Positions 26,635 through 37,398 of a DNA stretch of 64,000 nucleotides are shown one piece after another (within the stretch, counting starts at the first letter, position 1; the number at the start of each line of letters is the position of its first letter). Location: positions 148,136 through 212,135 of the forward strand of contig CAVXZE010000001.1 in assembly GCA_963766175.1 (NCBI GenBank), written 5' to 3'. Both the position numbers and the translations under genes were made by a program. The notes beneath the pieces were generated by a model. The model worked only from the letters and a program-made list of their open reading frames with translations, did not search any database and was not told the origin of the DNA. Source of the DNA: an uncultured delta proteobacterium (GTDB lineage Bacteria; Myxococcota_A; UBA9160; UBA6930).

Positions 26635-28539
26635 GTGAGCACGGGGCAGCGAGTGGCTTCGGTTCTGCTCGGCGGGATGCTCCTGCTGTGGTCCGTGCCC
26701 GCCTGGGCCCAACTTGCCCCGGCTCAGGTCCTGCTCCCGGATCGCGATGATGCCGGGGGAGCGGAGGTCGTTCCCCAAGGGGGAGCGCCGCCCACTCAGC
26801 TCCCAGGCACCTTGGCGATGCTGGCCAACGAAGCGCGAGCCGTGCCGGATCCCGGTCTCGATCCGGTCGAGCGCGCCTGGTTCGCAGCGGCCGGCGGCCT
26901 GGAGGACCGGGTGGAGCGGACGCTCGAAGCCGCCCTCGAGGCAGGCAGGCCGAGCCTCGAGGCCCTGGCGCGAGCTCTGCTGCTGGACGAATCCCTCGGG
27001 AATCCCCTGCAGCGGGCCGAGGCGGCGGTTCAGCTGGCACCGGATCTCCCTGCGGCGCGGATCGCCCTTGGCCAGGCCCTCTGGAGCGAGGAGCGGGATC
27101 TCATCGGGGCCCTCGATCAGGTCCGGCAGGCTGCCCGGGTCTCGGATCGACACCTGGAGGCCTCTCTCTGGCTCCGGGCCACGATCTTCCAAGGCCTGTT
27201 CACCGCCTGTCTGATCGGCGGATTGCTCTTCCTCTTCGTCGCTGGCGGAAGCCTGGTCCTGGCGGCGGCCCGCCTGCTGGGGAATCTCCCGGTGGCATTG
27301 CCTCTGGTGTCGCGGGTGGCGCTGGTGGCCGGTCTGCTGCTGCTTCCCGCGGTCCTGGGCGAGGGGCTCTTCGGGGTGGCTCTGGCCTTTGCGGCTCTCG
27401 GGCTCTGGCCCGGGAACTCCTGGCAAAGGGGCGCCGTGGGTGTCGCCCTCGTCGTCTCGATCGCCGGTCTCCATCCGCTGGCAGATCGCGCAGGGGAGGA
27501 GCTGGTGGCGCTGGGCTCGGATCCGATTGCCGAGGCGGCCTTCGCCGTCGAGCACGGACAACCCTCCCAGATCGACATCGATCGGCTGGAGCACGCAGCA
27601 CCGGGAGATCCCCTGGTGGCCCGTGCCCTGGCTCTCCACGCCAAGCGCACGGGGGACCTGGAAGGTGCAGAGCGTCGCTTCGCCGCGTTGATCGAAGAGA
27701 GCGCCTCTCCCAATCCCAGGCTGCTCAACAACGCTGCCAATGTGCAGCTGGCGCTGGATCGCACCGAGGAGGCCATCGAGCTCTACGAGTCCGCCGCACA
27801 CTCCGGTCACCTGGTCGTGGTGCTGTTCAACCTGTCGCAGGCCTACGGGCGCCTGGTCCAGCTGGATCACCAGGATCTCGCCCTGGCGGAAGCCCAGGTG
27901 ATCGACCCCGCTGCGCTGGCTGCGTTGACGGATCTCGATGGGAGCTCTCGCGGTGGCATGGTCGTGGATCTCCCGGTGGCGATGGAGACGATCCGGGTCC
28001 GTCTCGGAGATCCGGCGGCTGCTCGCGAGGCGGCGACGTCGCTGCGACGCCGCTTCGCGCCCGGCTGGCTGGGCCAGAGTCTGGTGCATAGCGCCGTCGG
28101 CGTCGCACTCGTGGTTCTACTGGCCTCGGGGGTCGCCATGGCGCTCCGCAGGGCAAAGGACGGTGGGGAGAGAGGCGATCGCAACGCCGGGATCGCGCGG
28201 TTCCTGACCGGCAAGGAAACCGCGGACCCCTTCCTGCGCATGGTTCGACTGGCCGCACTGCGCGAGCGCCAGGCCCGCATCGACAAGATCAAGTTCCTGT
28301 TCTCGGCCATCGTGCCCGGCGCGGCGGGCGTCGTGTCCCGGCACCCGATCCTCGGCCTGCTGGGCTCGATGCTCTTCGCCCTGACGCTGGCGAGCTGGTG
28401 GGCGCAGGACGGCGTGGGGGCCGACCCCCTGGCCGTTGGCGCCGGCGCTTCCCTCCTCTTCAGCTCGATGGCCGTCGGTTTCGCCGTTGCCTACGCAGCG
28501 GTGATCACGCTGACGATCGCGCTCTGGGAGAGGTCCTAG
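26635..28539 (+). CDS. Membrane protein with signal peptide, TPR-like repeats and multiple TM helices
   Basis: N-terminal signal (..VPAWAQ), TPR-like AVQLAPD and LLNNAANV..VLFNLSQAY, several hydrophobic blocks. GTG start after AAGGAG. Confidence 0.65.
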   Translation: MSTGQRVASVLLGGMLLLWSVPAWAQLAPAQVLLPDRDDAGGAEVVPQGGAPPTQLPGTLAMLANEARAVPDPGLDPVERAWFAAAGGLEDRVERTLEAALEAGRPSLEALARALLLDESLGNPLQRAEAAVQLAPDLPAARIALGQALWSEERDLIGALDQVRQAARVSDRHLEASLWLRATIFQGLFTACLIGGLLFLFVAGGSLVLAAARLLGNLPVALPLVSRVALVAGLLLLPAVLGEGLFGVALAFAALGLWPGNSWQRGAVGVALVVSIAGLHPLADRAGEELVALGSDPIAEAAFAVEHGQPSQIDIDRLEHAAPGDPLVARALALHAKRTGDLEGAERRFAALIEESASPNPRLLNNAANVQLALDRTEEAIELYESAAHSGHLVVVLFNLSQAYGRLVQLDHQDLALAEAQVIDPAALAALTDLDGSSRGGMVVDLPVAMETIRVRLGDPAAAREAATSLRRRFAPGWLGQSLVHSAVGVALVVLLASGVAMALRRAKDGGERGDRNAGIARFLTGKETADPFLRMVRLAALRERQARIDKIKFLFSAIVPGAAGVVSRHPILGLLGSMLFALTLASWWAQDGVGADPLAVGAGASLLFSSMAVGFAVAYAAVITLTIALWERS

Positions 28540-28541
28540 GC

Positions 28542-29666
28542 ATGGCGGTTGCGCTGCGCGGAAATCTCCGGGACTTCGGGATCGGCGAGGTCTTCCAGCT
28601 GATCGGTCAGCAACGCAAGACCGGCATCCTCGACGTCGAGGCCCCCTCGGAGAAGCTCCGGATGGGTTTTCTCGAGGGTGCGGTGGTGTGGGCGGCCCCG
28701 GTCGGGCCCCATGAGCATACCGCCCTCGGCGACATGCTGGTGCGGGTGGGTCTACTCACTCCGGAACGTCTGGTGCAGCTGGAGCAACAGCTCCACGAAA
28801 GCGAGCAGAGCCTCGAACGCCTGATGATCCAAGAGGGCGATCTGGACGGCCGACAGATCGAGTCGATCGCCGAGCTGGTGACCTCGGAGACGATCTTCAC
28901 ACTGCTGCGCCTGAACCAGGGTTCCTTTCACTTTACAGCGAAGCCGATTCCCCAGAACCGCGACTCCTCGAAGCTGCTCCCTGCCGAGCAGATCCTGATG
29001 GACGGGCTGCGGATGGTGGACGAGTGGCGGGCGATGGACGACGCGGTGACCCGCGATTCCACCGTATTTCAGCGGGTCGGCCGCTTCGAGACCTACCGGG
29101 GGGCGACGGAAGGAGATTCCCCGGAGGAGATGGCGCTGGCGGAGAAGCTCTTCCTGTTGATCGACGGTCGTCTCACCGTGCGCCGAATCATCGATCTCTC
29201 GCGCCTCGGCACCTTCGAGGGGTCTCGGATCCTCTCCAGGCTGCGCGAGAGGGAGGTGATCGAGCCCATCGACGCCGAGGTTCTCGCGACGACCCACAAG
29301 CGCCGTCGGACGCGAGAGTTTGCGCCCACTCGGGCGGGTCTCGGCCTGGCTGCGGCGGTACTGCCCTTCGCATTCCTCTTCGCGATGGCTTGGCTCACCC
29401 TCGGCCGAGCGGGAGTCGTCACCCCGGACGGGCTGACCTCCCTGGACCGTGACCCCCAGCGGCGGGCCGAGATCGCTTTCGAAACCCGGCGGCTTCGCAA
29501 CCTGGTGGAGGCCTACCGCTTCGCCACCGGTGACTGGCCTTTTGAGCTCGGGGAGCTCCAGGCGCGGGGCTGGCTCCCTTCCGGCGCGTTGGCGGCCGCC
29601 GAGGAGCATCCGTACTATTACGCCCGACGTGGGGACGCAGTCCTGGTTCTTGCGCCCGAGCAGTAA
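28542..29666 (+). CDS. DUF4388 domain membrane protein with short C-terminal pseudopilin-like tail
   Basis: ALRGNLRDFGIGEVFQLIGQQRKTG (DUF4388), LMDGLRMVDEW, a wHTH-like region, one TM, then LVEAYRFATGDWP..L..L...YYY. Confidence 0.7.
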   Translation: MAVALRGNLRDFGIGEVFQLIGQQRKTGILDVEAPSEKLRMGFLEGAVVWAAPVGPHEHTALGDMLVRVGLLTPERLVQLEQQLHESEQSLERLMIQEGDLDGRQIESIAELVTSETIFTLLRLNQGSFHFTAKPIPQNRDSSKLLPAEQILMDGLRMVDEWRAMDDAVTRDSTVFQRVGRFETYRGATEGDSPEEMALAEKLFLLIDGRLTVRRIIDLSRLGTFEGSRILSRLREREVIEPIDAEVLATTHKRRRTREFAPTRAGLGLAAAVLPFAFLFAMAWLTLGRAGVVTPDGLTSLDRDPQRRAEIAFETRRLRNLVEAYRFATGDWPFELGELQARGWLPSGALAAAEEHPYYYARRGDAVLVLAPEQ

Positions 29667-29683
29667 CGGCTGCCGAAATCCGC

Positions 29684-30715
29684 TTGGAGTCACCACTGGC
29701 CCGAGACGACGCCAGCACTCGCCAGACCCTGATCTTCGACGACAATCAGATGGCCGCTGCGCTCTACGGGGACCGCGAGCACACGCTCCGTATCCTCGAG
29801 CAGGAGCTGGGTGTCGAGGTGCGCGCCCGCGGCAACGAGGTGCGGCTGATCGGCGACGAAGAGAAGGTGCGCGTGGGCCGCAAGGCGCTCGAGGAGCTCT
29901 ACGGGCTGGTTCGCGAGGGTCGGCCGGTTCATCCGCGGGACGTGACCGCCGCGCTGCGGATGATCACCGAAGAGCCCGCAGTCGAGCTCCGGGAGGTCTA
30001 CCAGGACATTCTGGCGGGCGTCGGGGGGCGGCGTCGCATCGCAGCGAAGAACCTCTCCCAGCGGCGCTACATCGAGATGATCCTCGAGCGCGACATCGTC
30101 ATCACGGTCGGTCCCGCCGGCACCGGGAAGACCTACCTGGCCATGGCCATGGCGATCGCCGCCCTCAATCGCCACGAGGTGGCGCGGGTCATTCTGACGC
30201 GGCCGGCGGTGGAGGCAGGGGAGAAGCTCGGGTTCCTGCCGGGATCGATGGCCGAGAAGGTGAACCCCTATCTTCGGCCCCTTTACGACGCACTCCACGA
30301 CATGATGGCCTTCGAGAAAGCCGCACGGTTGATGGACCGAGGCGTTATCGAGGTGGCGCCCCTTGCCTTCATGCGCGGCCGCACCCTCAACGAGTCCTTC
30401 GTGATCCTCGACGAGGCGCAGAATACGACGCCGGAACAGATGAAGATGTTCCTGACTCGGCTCGGCTACGATTCGAAGGCGCTGATCACCGGTGACATCA
30501 CACAGATCGACCTTCCCCCGGACCAGCTGAGCGGCATGGTGGATGCCATGCGCGTGCTCGAAGGCGTCGAGGGGATTGGCTTCATGCGCTTTACCGAGGC
30601 CGACGTGGTGCGCCATCCCCTGGTCCAGTCGATCATCCGCGCCTACGAGTATCGCGACGCCCGACGGAGCCGGAACCAGAGACCCTCGCGTCCCGGCGAC
30701 GAAGAACCTGAATGA
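29684..30715 (+). CDS. phoH: PhoH-family ATPase
   Basis: GPAGTGKTYLA, RPAVEAGEKLGFLPG, APLAFMRGRT, DEAQN, GDITQIDL. Confidence 0.95.
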   Translation: MESPLARDDASTRQTLIFDDNQMAAALYGDREHTLRILEQELGVEVRARGNEVRLIGDEEKVRVGRKALEELYGLVREGRPVHPRDVTAALRMITEEPAVELREVYQDILAGVGGRRRIAAKNLSQRRYIEMILERDIVITVGPAGTGKTYLAMAMAIAALNRHEVARVILTRPAVEAGEKLGFLPGSMAEKVNPYLRPLYDALHDMMAFEKAARLMDRGVIEVAPLAFMRGRTLNESFVILDEAQNTTPEQMKMFLTRLGYDSKALITGDITQIDLPPDQLSGMVDAMRVLEGVEGIGFMRFTEADVVRHPLVQSIIRAYEYRDARRSRNQRPSRPGDEEPE

Positions 30716-31155
30716 CGGTCCGCGTCGCCGGTCCGTCGATGGTCCGATCCCTGCCGACCTTCGATCGGGCCCTGTTGGAGGCCCGAGCCCGAGCGCTGCT
30801 GCGGGAGCTCGGCCACGGGGAATCCGAGCTCTCCATCTCCCTGGTCGGCGACGAGGAAATGGCCGGGCTGAACCAGCGCTTCCGTGCGGAGGCGGCGCCC
30901 ACGGATGTGCTCTCGTTCTCGCTGTTGGAGGGCGACCACACGGCGTTTCACGGGGACCTGCTCGGCGAGGTGGTGATCGACGTGGAGGTTGCCGCTCGCC
31001 AGGCATCCACGATCGGTCACGGTCTCGACGCCGAGATGGCGCGCCTGTTGATTCACGGCACCCTCCACCTGCTTGGCTACGACCACCAGCAAGAGGAGGA
31101 AGCCCGGGCAATGGAGGCGGCGGAGGATCGTCTCTGGGCGGTCGTGGTGGCGTGA
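30712..31155 (+). CDS. ybeY: rRNA maturation endoribonuclease
   Basis: LN..FR..PTDVLSF and HGTLHLLGYDH. Confidence 0.93.
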   Translation: MTVRVAGPSMVRSLPTFDRALLEARARALLRELGHGESELSISLVGDEEMAGLNQRFRAEAAPTDVLSFSLLEGDHTAFHGDLLGEVVIDVEVAARQASTIGHGLDAEMARLLIHGTLHLLGYDHQQEEEARAMEAAEDRLWAVVVA

Positions 31156-32789
31156 GGACCGTCCACCGCGCCGCACTGCTCGGATGCCATGCCCTGGCGA
31201 CCTTCCTCGCCTTTCCTCATCCAGTGCTGGGGACGGTAGTCGATCTCGGTTGGGTGGCGACGTGGCTCGCGCCGCTCTTTCTGATTCTCGCTCTGCGTGG
31301 AGTGGCGCCGCGCCGCGCGCTCGGCCTCGGCTTTCTCGGCGGGCTGGTGGCACACACCGCCGTGTTGCACTGGATCTACGTGGTGACGGTGACCTACGGG
31401 CATGCGCCCCCGGTCGTCGGGTTGATCGCCCCAATTCTGCTGGCGGCGTACATTGCGGGATTTACCGCGCTGTTCGGGATGGCTGTGGCATGGCTCGAGC
31501 AACGCGGGCCGGCCTCGCCCTTCGCCATCGCTGCGGTCTGGACCGCGCTGGATCACTTGCGGTCGTTCGCCCTGACCGGATTCCCCTGGGCGACGCTCGG
31601 CTACACGCAGCACCAGAACCTCGCGCTGATGCCGCTGGTGGCCTGGACGGGGGTCTACGGGCTCTCGTTCCTCTCGGTCCTCGGCGCTGCCGCGCTCGCC
31701 CGTTTCTTCGCCTTCCCCCGCCTCGACACCGACGCGCCACCCAGCTCCGGCCCTCGTGGGCTTGGCTGGGGCACGTGGGCGGCTCTGGGCGTGGTGGTTC
31801 TCGCCCATGCACTGGGCATGGCGTTGAACGCGTCGAGAACGGCTTACGACGGGTCCACGGTGCGTGTCGCCGTGCTCCAGGGCAACGTCGATCAGGGAGT
31901 GAAGTGGTCCCCGAAGTGGGCCGAGCGGACGATCGAGATCTACGAGGAGCTCACCCGCAGGGCGGTGGCCGAAGGCGCCGCGGTCGTGGTCTGGCCGGAG
32001 ACGGCGGCGCCGGGTTCCCTCGATTCCGATCCGGCCCTGCGGGGGCGAATCAGCGCTCTGGCAGAGGATACGGGAGCCTTCCTGGTGGTGGGCGCGGTGG
32101 GGATCGATGGCCTCGATGCGGCCATCGGGGAGCCGCCGCGACTGGATGGCTTGAAGTTCTTCGACAGCGCCTACCTGTTCGACGCAGCCGGTCGCAGCCT
32201 CGGCCGCTACGACAAGACCCACCTCGTCCCCTTCGGCGAATACATGCCGCTTCGCCCCATGCTCGGCCGATTCATCAGCGCCATCGCCACCGGGAGCGCC
32301 GGTCAGGACGTCACAGCGGGGAAAACACCACGCAGCATGGTGTTGCCCGGTCTCGCGATCGGGGCGGGGAAACCCTCCGTGACCGTTGGGGTTCCCATCT
32401 GCTATGAACTCCTCTTCCCGGACCTGGTTCGGCGGTTCGTGGGCGATGGGGCGGACGTGCTTTTCGCGATCACAAACGACGCGTGGTACGGCCGTACCGG
32501 CGCGCCGTACCAGTTCCTGGTGATGACCGCGATGCGCTCTGCGGAGGGCAGGGTGTGGACGGCGAGAGCGGCCAACACCGGTGTTTCAGCGCTGATCGAC
32601 GAGCGAGGTCGGGTTCGAGACCAGACGCAGATCTTCGAGCGGGACTTCCTCGTGGGTGAGGTTTCGGTTCGGCCCCCCGGCGTCGGCGACAGCTTCTACG
32701 TGCGGCATGGCGACCTGTTCGCGTGGCTCTGCTGGGGTGGGCTGCTCGCGCTCTGGGTCCGCGCATTGGTCCAGCGGAGAGGGAGATGA
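31152..32789 (+). CDS. lnt: Apolipoprotein N-acyltransferase
   Basis: TM N-terminus, GFPW..LGY, QGN, WPET, YDKTHLVPFGEY, ICYE, TNDAWYG, RAANTGVS. Confidence 0.93.
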   Translation: MRTVHRAALLGCHALATFLAFPHPVLGTVVDLGWVATWLAPLFLILALRGVAPRRALGLGFLGGLVAHTAVLHWIYVVTVTYGHAPPVVGLIAPILLAAYIAGFTALFGMAVAWLEQRGPASPFAIAAVWTALDHLRSFALTGFPWATLGYTQHQNLALMPLVAWTGVYGLSFLSVLGAAALARFFAFPRLDTDAPPSSGPRGLGWGTWAALGVVVLAHALGMALNASRTAYDGSTVRVAVLQGNVDQGVKWSPKWAERTIEIYEELTRRAVAEGAAVVVWPETAAPGSLDSDPALRGRISALAEDTGAFLVVGAVGIDGLDAAIGEPPRLDGLKFFDSAYLFDAAGRSLGRYDKTHLVPFGEYMPLRPMLGRFISAIATGSAGQDVTAGKTPRSMVLPGLAIGAGKPSVTVGVPICYELLFPDLVRRFVGDGADVLFAITNDAWYGRTGAPYQFLVMTAMRSAEGRVWTARAANTGVSALIDERGRVRDQTQIFERDFLVGEVSVRPPGVGDSFYVRHGDLFAWLCWGGLLALWVRALVQRRGR

Positions 32790-33932
32790 GTGACACCAAG
32801 GTCTCGGGTTCGATGGATTCCGGCGAGCTCGCGGAAGGGTTACGCCGGGCGCGCGATCGGTTCGGCGAATTCCGGGGGCGCCTTTGACGAGGCGGCCCTG
32901 CGCAGCCGCATAGAGGCCCTCGAGCTGGACGCCGCCCGTCCCGACCTGTGGGAGGACCGCGAGCGTGCCGAGAAGCTGCTCCGGGAGAAGAGCTCCCTGG
33001 CAAGGGATGTCGCGCAGATCGATCGGCTGGCCGAGATGCTGGACGATGTGGAAGTCCTCCTGGAGCTCGCCGACGAGGCCGACGACGCCTCGACCCGGAT
33101 GGAGGCTGCGGAGAAGCTGACCGAGGCCGAGCAGGAGCTGGCCGAGGCCGAGCTGCGGTGCCTTCTCGGCGGTGAGCACGACGCATCCAACGCCATCGTC
33201 TCGATCAATTCCGGCGCGGGCGGAACCGACGCCGCCGACTGGGCGGAGATGCTTCTCCGCATGTACCTGCGGTGGGCCGAGCGGCATCAGTTCAAGAGCG
33301 AGATCCTGGACATTCAATCCGGCGATGAGGCCGGGCTGCGCAGCGTTACGGCAACCCTCGCCGGCGCCTACGCCTACGGCTACCTCAAGACCGAGGAAGG
33401 GGTGCATCGCCTGGTGCGGATCTCGCCCTTCGATGCCCAGCACCGCCGCCACACCGCCTTCGCCAGCGTCTCGGTGTTCCCCGAGCTGGATGACTCCATC
33501 GAGATCGACCTCGAAGAGAAGGATCTGCGGGTGGACACCTACCGAGCCAGCGGTGCCGGTGGGCAGCACGTCAACAAGACGGATTCGGCGGTTCGTTTGA
33601 CCCACGAGCCCACGGGGATCGTGGTCCAGTGTCAGAGCGAGCGCTCCCAGCACAAGAACCGGGCCCAGGCCCTGAAGGTGATGCGCGCACGGTTGTACGA
33701 GCGCGCCCGAAGGGAGCAGGAGCAGAAGCTGGCGGAGATGCGCGGCGAGCAGGCGGAGATCGGCTTCGGCAGCCAGATCCGCTCCTACACCCTTCACCCG
33801 GCCCAGCGCGTCAAGGATCATCGCACCAGCGCGGAAGCGGGAAACGCCGAGGGCGTCCTGGACGGAGACCTGGATCGATTCATCCGAGCGACGCTGCTCT
33901 GGAGTTCGTCCTCTTCCAGGGATCCCGAGTGA
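32786..33932 (+). CDS. prfB: Peptide chain release factor 2, programmed +1 frameshift
   Basis: Frame 0 runs from ATG 32786 to CTT-TGA (32882-32887). The +1 frame continues GAC GAG GCG and carries SPF and GGQ motifs. Confidence 0.95.
32873..32888 (+). promoter_or_regulatory. RF2 autoregulatory frameshift site
   Basis: CGGGGG-CGC-CTT-TGA-C: internal SD-like G-run 3 nt before the slippery CTT TGA C. Confidence 0.93.
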
Positions 33933-35407
33933 GTGAGGGGGAGAGGGAGAGACGGCTGGCGCGGCTGGCCGTGCTGCGGGAGGGAGGGATCGATCCCTTC
34001 CCGGCTCGCTCGGGCCCGCGGACATCCATCGCCGAGGTCCGCGGTCTCTACGACGGAAAGGACGCGGAGGCTCTGGAAGCCGAAGTCCCCACGGTGGCGG
34101 TTGCGGGCCGGGTCCGGGCGATTCGTTCCTTCGGGAAGCTCGCCTTCCTGAAGCTGGTCGAGAATGGCATCGGCATCCAGGTGAGCATCCGCAAGGGGGA
34201 GGTGCCCCCGGAGCTCTTCGAGTTCGTCGAGGAGATCGACGTGGGAGACTTCCTCCGCGTCGAAGGGCCCGTCTGGCGCACCCAGAAGGGGGAGCTCAGC
34301 ATCGCAGTCCGATCGGCGGATCTGCTCGCGAAAAGCCTCCGGCCGCTGCCCGAGAAGTGGCATGGTCTGACCGACGTCGAAGCTCGCTCCCGCCAGCGCC
34401 ACCTGGACCTGATCGCCAACCCGAGGGCGCGGGACGTCGCCGTGCTTCGCAGCCGCGTGACCACGACGATCCGATCCGTCCTCGACGAACGCGGCTTCCT
34501 CGAGGTGGAGACGCCGGTGCTGCAGCCGATCTACGGGGGGGCGGCCGCCCGACCCTTCACGACGCACCACCACTCTCTCGATCAGAAGCTGTACCTCCGC
34601 ATCTCCGACGAGCTCTACCTGAAGCGCCTGGTGATCGGGGGCCTCGACCGGGTCTACGAAATCGGGCGGGTGTTCCGGAACGAAGGGATCTCGAGGAAGC
34701 ACAACCCCGAGTTCTCGATGCTGGAGTGTTATCAGGCCTACGCCGACTACGGCGAGATGATGGACCTCGCCCGGCTTCTGGTCCAGGAGGTCGCGGGGAG
34801 GGTGCTGGGCGACACCCGGATCGTCTACCAGGGGCACCGGATCGAGCTCTCCGGCGACTGGCCCAGGATCCCGATGCGGGATGCCATTCGCGACGCCATC
34901 GCCATCGACATTCTCGCGGCGGCTGACCGCGACGCCCTTCGCGCAGCTGTCCGCGCCAAGGGCCTCGATCCCGGAGATGCTCCCACCTGGTCGGTGCTGG
35001 TAGACGGTCTGTTCAGCGAGTACGTGGAGCCGAGATTGATCCAGCCGACCTTCATCACCGACTACCCGCGGGATCTCTCGCCCCTGGCCAAGGGCTCAGC
35101 GCGAGATCCGCGTCTGGTCGAGCGCTTCGAGCTCTTCCTTGGAGGGTTCGAGATCGTGAACGCGTTCAGCGAGCTCAATGATCCCGAGGATCAGCGCAGG
35201 CGTTTCGAGGATCAGCGTCGGGCGGCGGCAGAGGGAGACGCGGAAGCGCATCCCATGGACGAGGATTTCCTGAGTGCCATGGAGTACGGTATGCCGCCGA
35301 CGGGCGGGCTCGGGATGGGGATCGATCGGCTCACCATGACCCTCGCCGACGCGCCGAACCTTCGCGAGGTAATCCTCTTTCCCCACCTGAGGACGGAACG
35401 GCGATGA
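33929..35407 (+). CDS. lysS: Lysine--tRNA ligase (class II)
   Basis: LPEKWHGL, FLEVETP, RVFRNEG..HNPEF, YGMPPTGGLGMGIDRL. GTG start overlaps the prfB stop. Confidence 0.95.
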   Translation: MSEGERERRLARLAVLREGGIDPFPARSGPRTSIAEVRGLYDGKDAEALEAEVPTVAVAGRVRAIRSFGKLAFLKLVENGIGIQVSIRKGEVPPELFEFVEEIDVGDFLRVEGPVWRTQKGELSIAVRSADLLAKSLRPLPEKWHGLTDVEARSRQRHLDLIANPRARDVAVLRSRVTTTIRSVLDERGFLEVETPVLQPIYGGAAARPFTTHHHSLDQKLYLRISDELYLKRLVIGGLDRVYEIGRVFRNEGISRKHNPEFSMLECYQAYADYGEMMDLARLLVQEVAGRVLGDTRIVYQGHRIELSGDWPRIPMRDAIRDAIAIDILAAADRDALRAAVRAKGLDPGDAPTWSVLVDGLFSEYVEPRLIQPTFITDYPRDLSPLAKGSARDPRLVERFELFLGGFEIVNAFSELNDPEDQRRRFEDQRRAAAEGDAEAHPMDEDFLSAMEYGMPPTGGLGMGIDRLTMTLADAPNLREVILFPHLRTERR

Positions 35408-37398
35408 CGCCCCTTGCCACCCAATTCTGGGACTGGCTGACCGCTGCTGGCGGGACGCTGGCGCTCAGCTTCATCGTCGCCATCGCCCTGGGGATCTGCG
35501 CGACGACCGTGCTCTTCCTGGGCTCCGCGGTGGTGGTGCTGGAGCGCTTCGCCCGTGCCACCAACCGCTTTCGCAACGTCGTGATCGTGACAGTTGTCTG
35601 GGCGGCGCTCCTCGGTGCTCTCGGCACCGACGTCGAGACGCTGGCCGGCTTGGGCATCCCCTGGCCGGGCGCCTTTCACGCCTGGCTGCTCGCCTCAGCC
35701 GGCGCGCTGGGTTTCGTCGCCGGAGCCCAGGTCGTCATCGGCCTGGTGCTTCGTTACGTGCCGCCCACCACCCTCGCCATGGCGAGCGCCGTACTGCTCG
35801 CCATCGGGTACGCCCTGCTGGTGGGAGGCATCGGCCGGGTCGGCTACGCGATCGCGCCGGCCCTGGTAGCGGCGCTGGTCTTTGCCGGCCTGCGCTGGCG
35901 GCGGCGTCGGGACCGGGAGAGCGAGCCGGGGATCGACGAACGCCTGGTCCGCACCGTCGCGATCGTTCTGGGCATCGGGGTTGCGATCCCCCTGGCCTTG
36001 CCCGGCCCCGAGCCCGACCTCTTCGCCCTGGGCGGCGTCATCCTCTCGGCCTTGACGCTGGCGGTCCTGCTCGGTCTGCTGCCCCTTGCGGCTGCTGGGT
36101 TCCTGGACACCCGTGGAACCGCCGAGTGGTTCGTCGCCACCCGCTATCTCTTTGCCAAGCGCCGGCAGACCTTCATATCGGTCATCACGCTGATCTGTGT
36201 GGCGGGGGTCGCCGCGGGTGTCTGGCTGATCATCACCGTCCTCTCGGTCATGAACGGCTTCGAACGCACCTGGCGGGAGGAGATCATCGGGAACCGGGCC
36301 CACTTCACCGTCCACAGTGCCCTGGGTCCCTTCGAGGACTACCGTGAGGTGGTGGCGAAGGTCGCCGCCGCAGAGGAAGTCCTCGGCGCCTCTCCCTACC
36401 TCGACGCAGAGGGGATGATCCGCAGCTCCGCCGGCGGAATCATCGGAGTGCGGGTGCGCGGGATCGACCCCGAGCTGATCGGTGACGTGACGGACCTGCG
36501 CGAAGACCTGCTCCCCGGCTCCGAGGGTGCGCTCGAGGATCTCGCGCCGCGCGCTTCCTCCCCGGACGGGGGCGAGGCGGATCCCGGCATGGTGATCGGT
36601 AGCCAGCTCGCCGCGGTGCTGGGCGTTCGCGTGGGCAACCCGATCATCGTCATTTCGCCCTTCGGCGGACCCCCGACCCCACTCGGTCCGGGGCCCCGGC
36701 TCAAGCGCTTCCGCGTCGCCGGAGTCTTCCAGTCGAGCTTCTTTCAGTACGACGAGATCTTCACCTACGTGGACCTCGCCGCCGCCCAGGACTTCCGGCG
36801 CGTCGGCGATGTGGTGCACGGGATCGAAGTGCGGACCACGGACTACTACCGGTCGCGACAGGTGGCGAGGCGGGTGGAAGAGGGCCTGGGCCGCTCGTTC
36901 TTCACCCGGGACTGGAAGGAGTTCTTCCCGGCCTTCTTCCAGGCACTCAAGACGGAGCGGGTGATGATGTTCGTGCTGCTGACCATGATCATGGTGGTGG
37001 CGGCCTTCGCGATCGTGGTGACTCTGATCATGATGATCATGGAGAAGTCCAGCGACATCGCGATCATGAAGGCGATGGGCGCCGCGGATGCGAGCATCGA
37101 ACGCATCTTCGCGATCGAGGGCACCCTGATCGGTCTGCTGGGCACCGTTCTGGGAGTCATTTCGGGCATCGCCGTCACCACCCAGCTCGCCTGGGTCCAG
37201 GAACAGATCGAAGCGCTCACCGGCATCGACACCCTCCCCGCGACCGTCTACCAGTTCTCGACGCTGCCCTCCGAGATCGACGTGGGTCAGGTCGCCATCG
37301 TCGTCGCGATCGCCATGGTGCTATCCCTGGGAGCCACACTGCTCCCCAGCCGGCAGGGGTCGCGTCTCGACCCCGCCGAGGCTCTCCGGTACGAGTGA
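35404..37398 (+). CDS. lolE: LolC/E-family lipoprotein-releasing ABC permease with N-terminal membrane extension
   Basis: [22 protein letters not shown] starts only at ~aa 240. C-terminal [14 protein letters not shown] and DPAEALRYE. Confidence 0.85.
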   Translation: MTPLATQFWDWLTAAGGTLALSFIVAIALGICATTVLFLGSAVVVLERFARATNRFRNVVIVTVVWAALLGALGTDVETLAGLGIPWPGAFHAWLLASAGALGFVAGAQVVIGLVLRYVPPTTLAMASAVLLAIGYALLVGGIGRVGYAIAPALVAALVFAGLRWRRRRDRESEPGIDERLVRTVAIVLGIGVAIPLALPGPEPDLFALGGVILSALTLAVLLGLLPLAAAGFLDTRGTAEWFVATRYLFAKRRQTFISVITLICVAGVAAGVWLIITVLSVMNGFERTWREEIIGNRAHFTVHSALGPFEDYREVVAKVAAAEEVLGASPYLDAEGMIRSSAGGIIGVRVRGIDPELIGDVTDLREDLLPGSEGALEDLAPRASSPDGGEADPGMVIGSQLAAVLGVRVGNPIIVISPFGGPPTPLGPGPRLKRFRVAGVFQSSFFQYDEIFTYVDLAAAQDFRRVGDVVHGIEVRTTDYYRSRQVARRVEEGLGRSFFTRDWKEFFPAFFQALKTERVMMFVLLTMIMVVAAFAIVVTLIMMIMEKSSDIAIMKAMGAADASIERIFAIEGTLIGLLGTVLGVISGIAVTTQLAWVQEQIEALTGIDTLPATVYQFSTLPSEIDVGQVAIVVAIAMVLSLGATLLPSRQGSRLDPAEALRYE

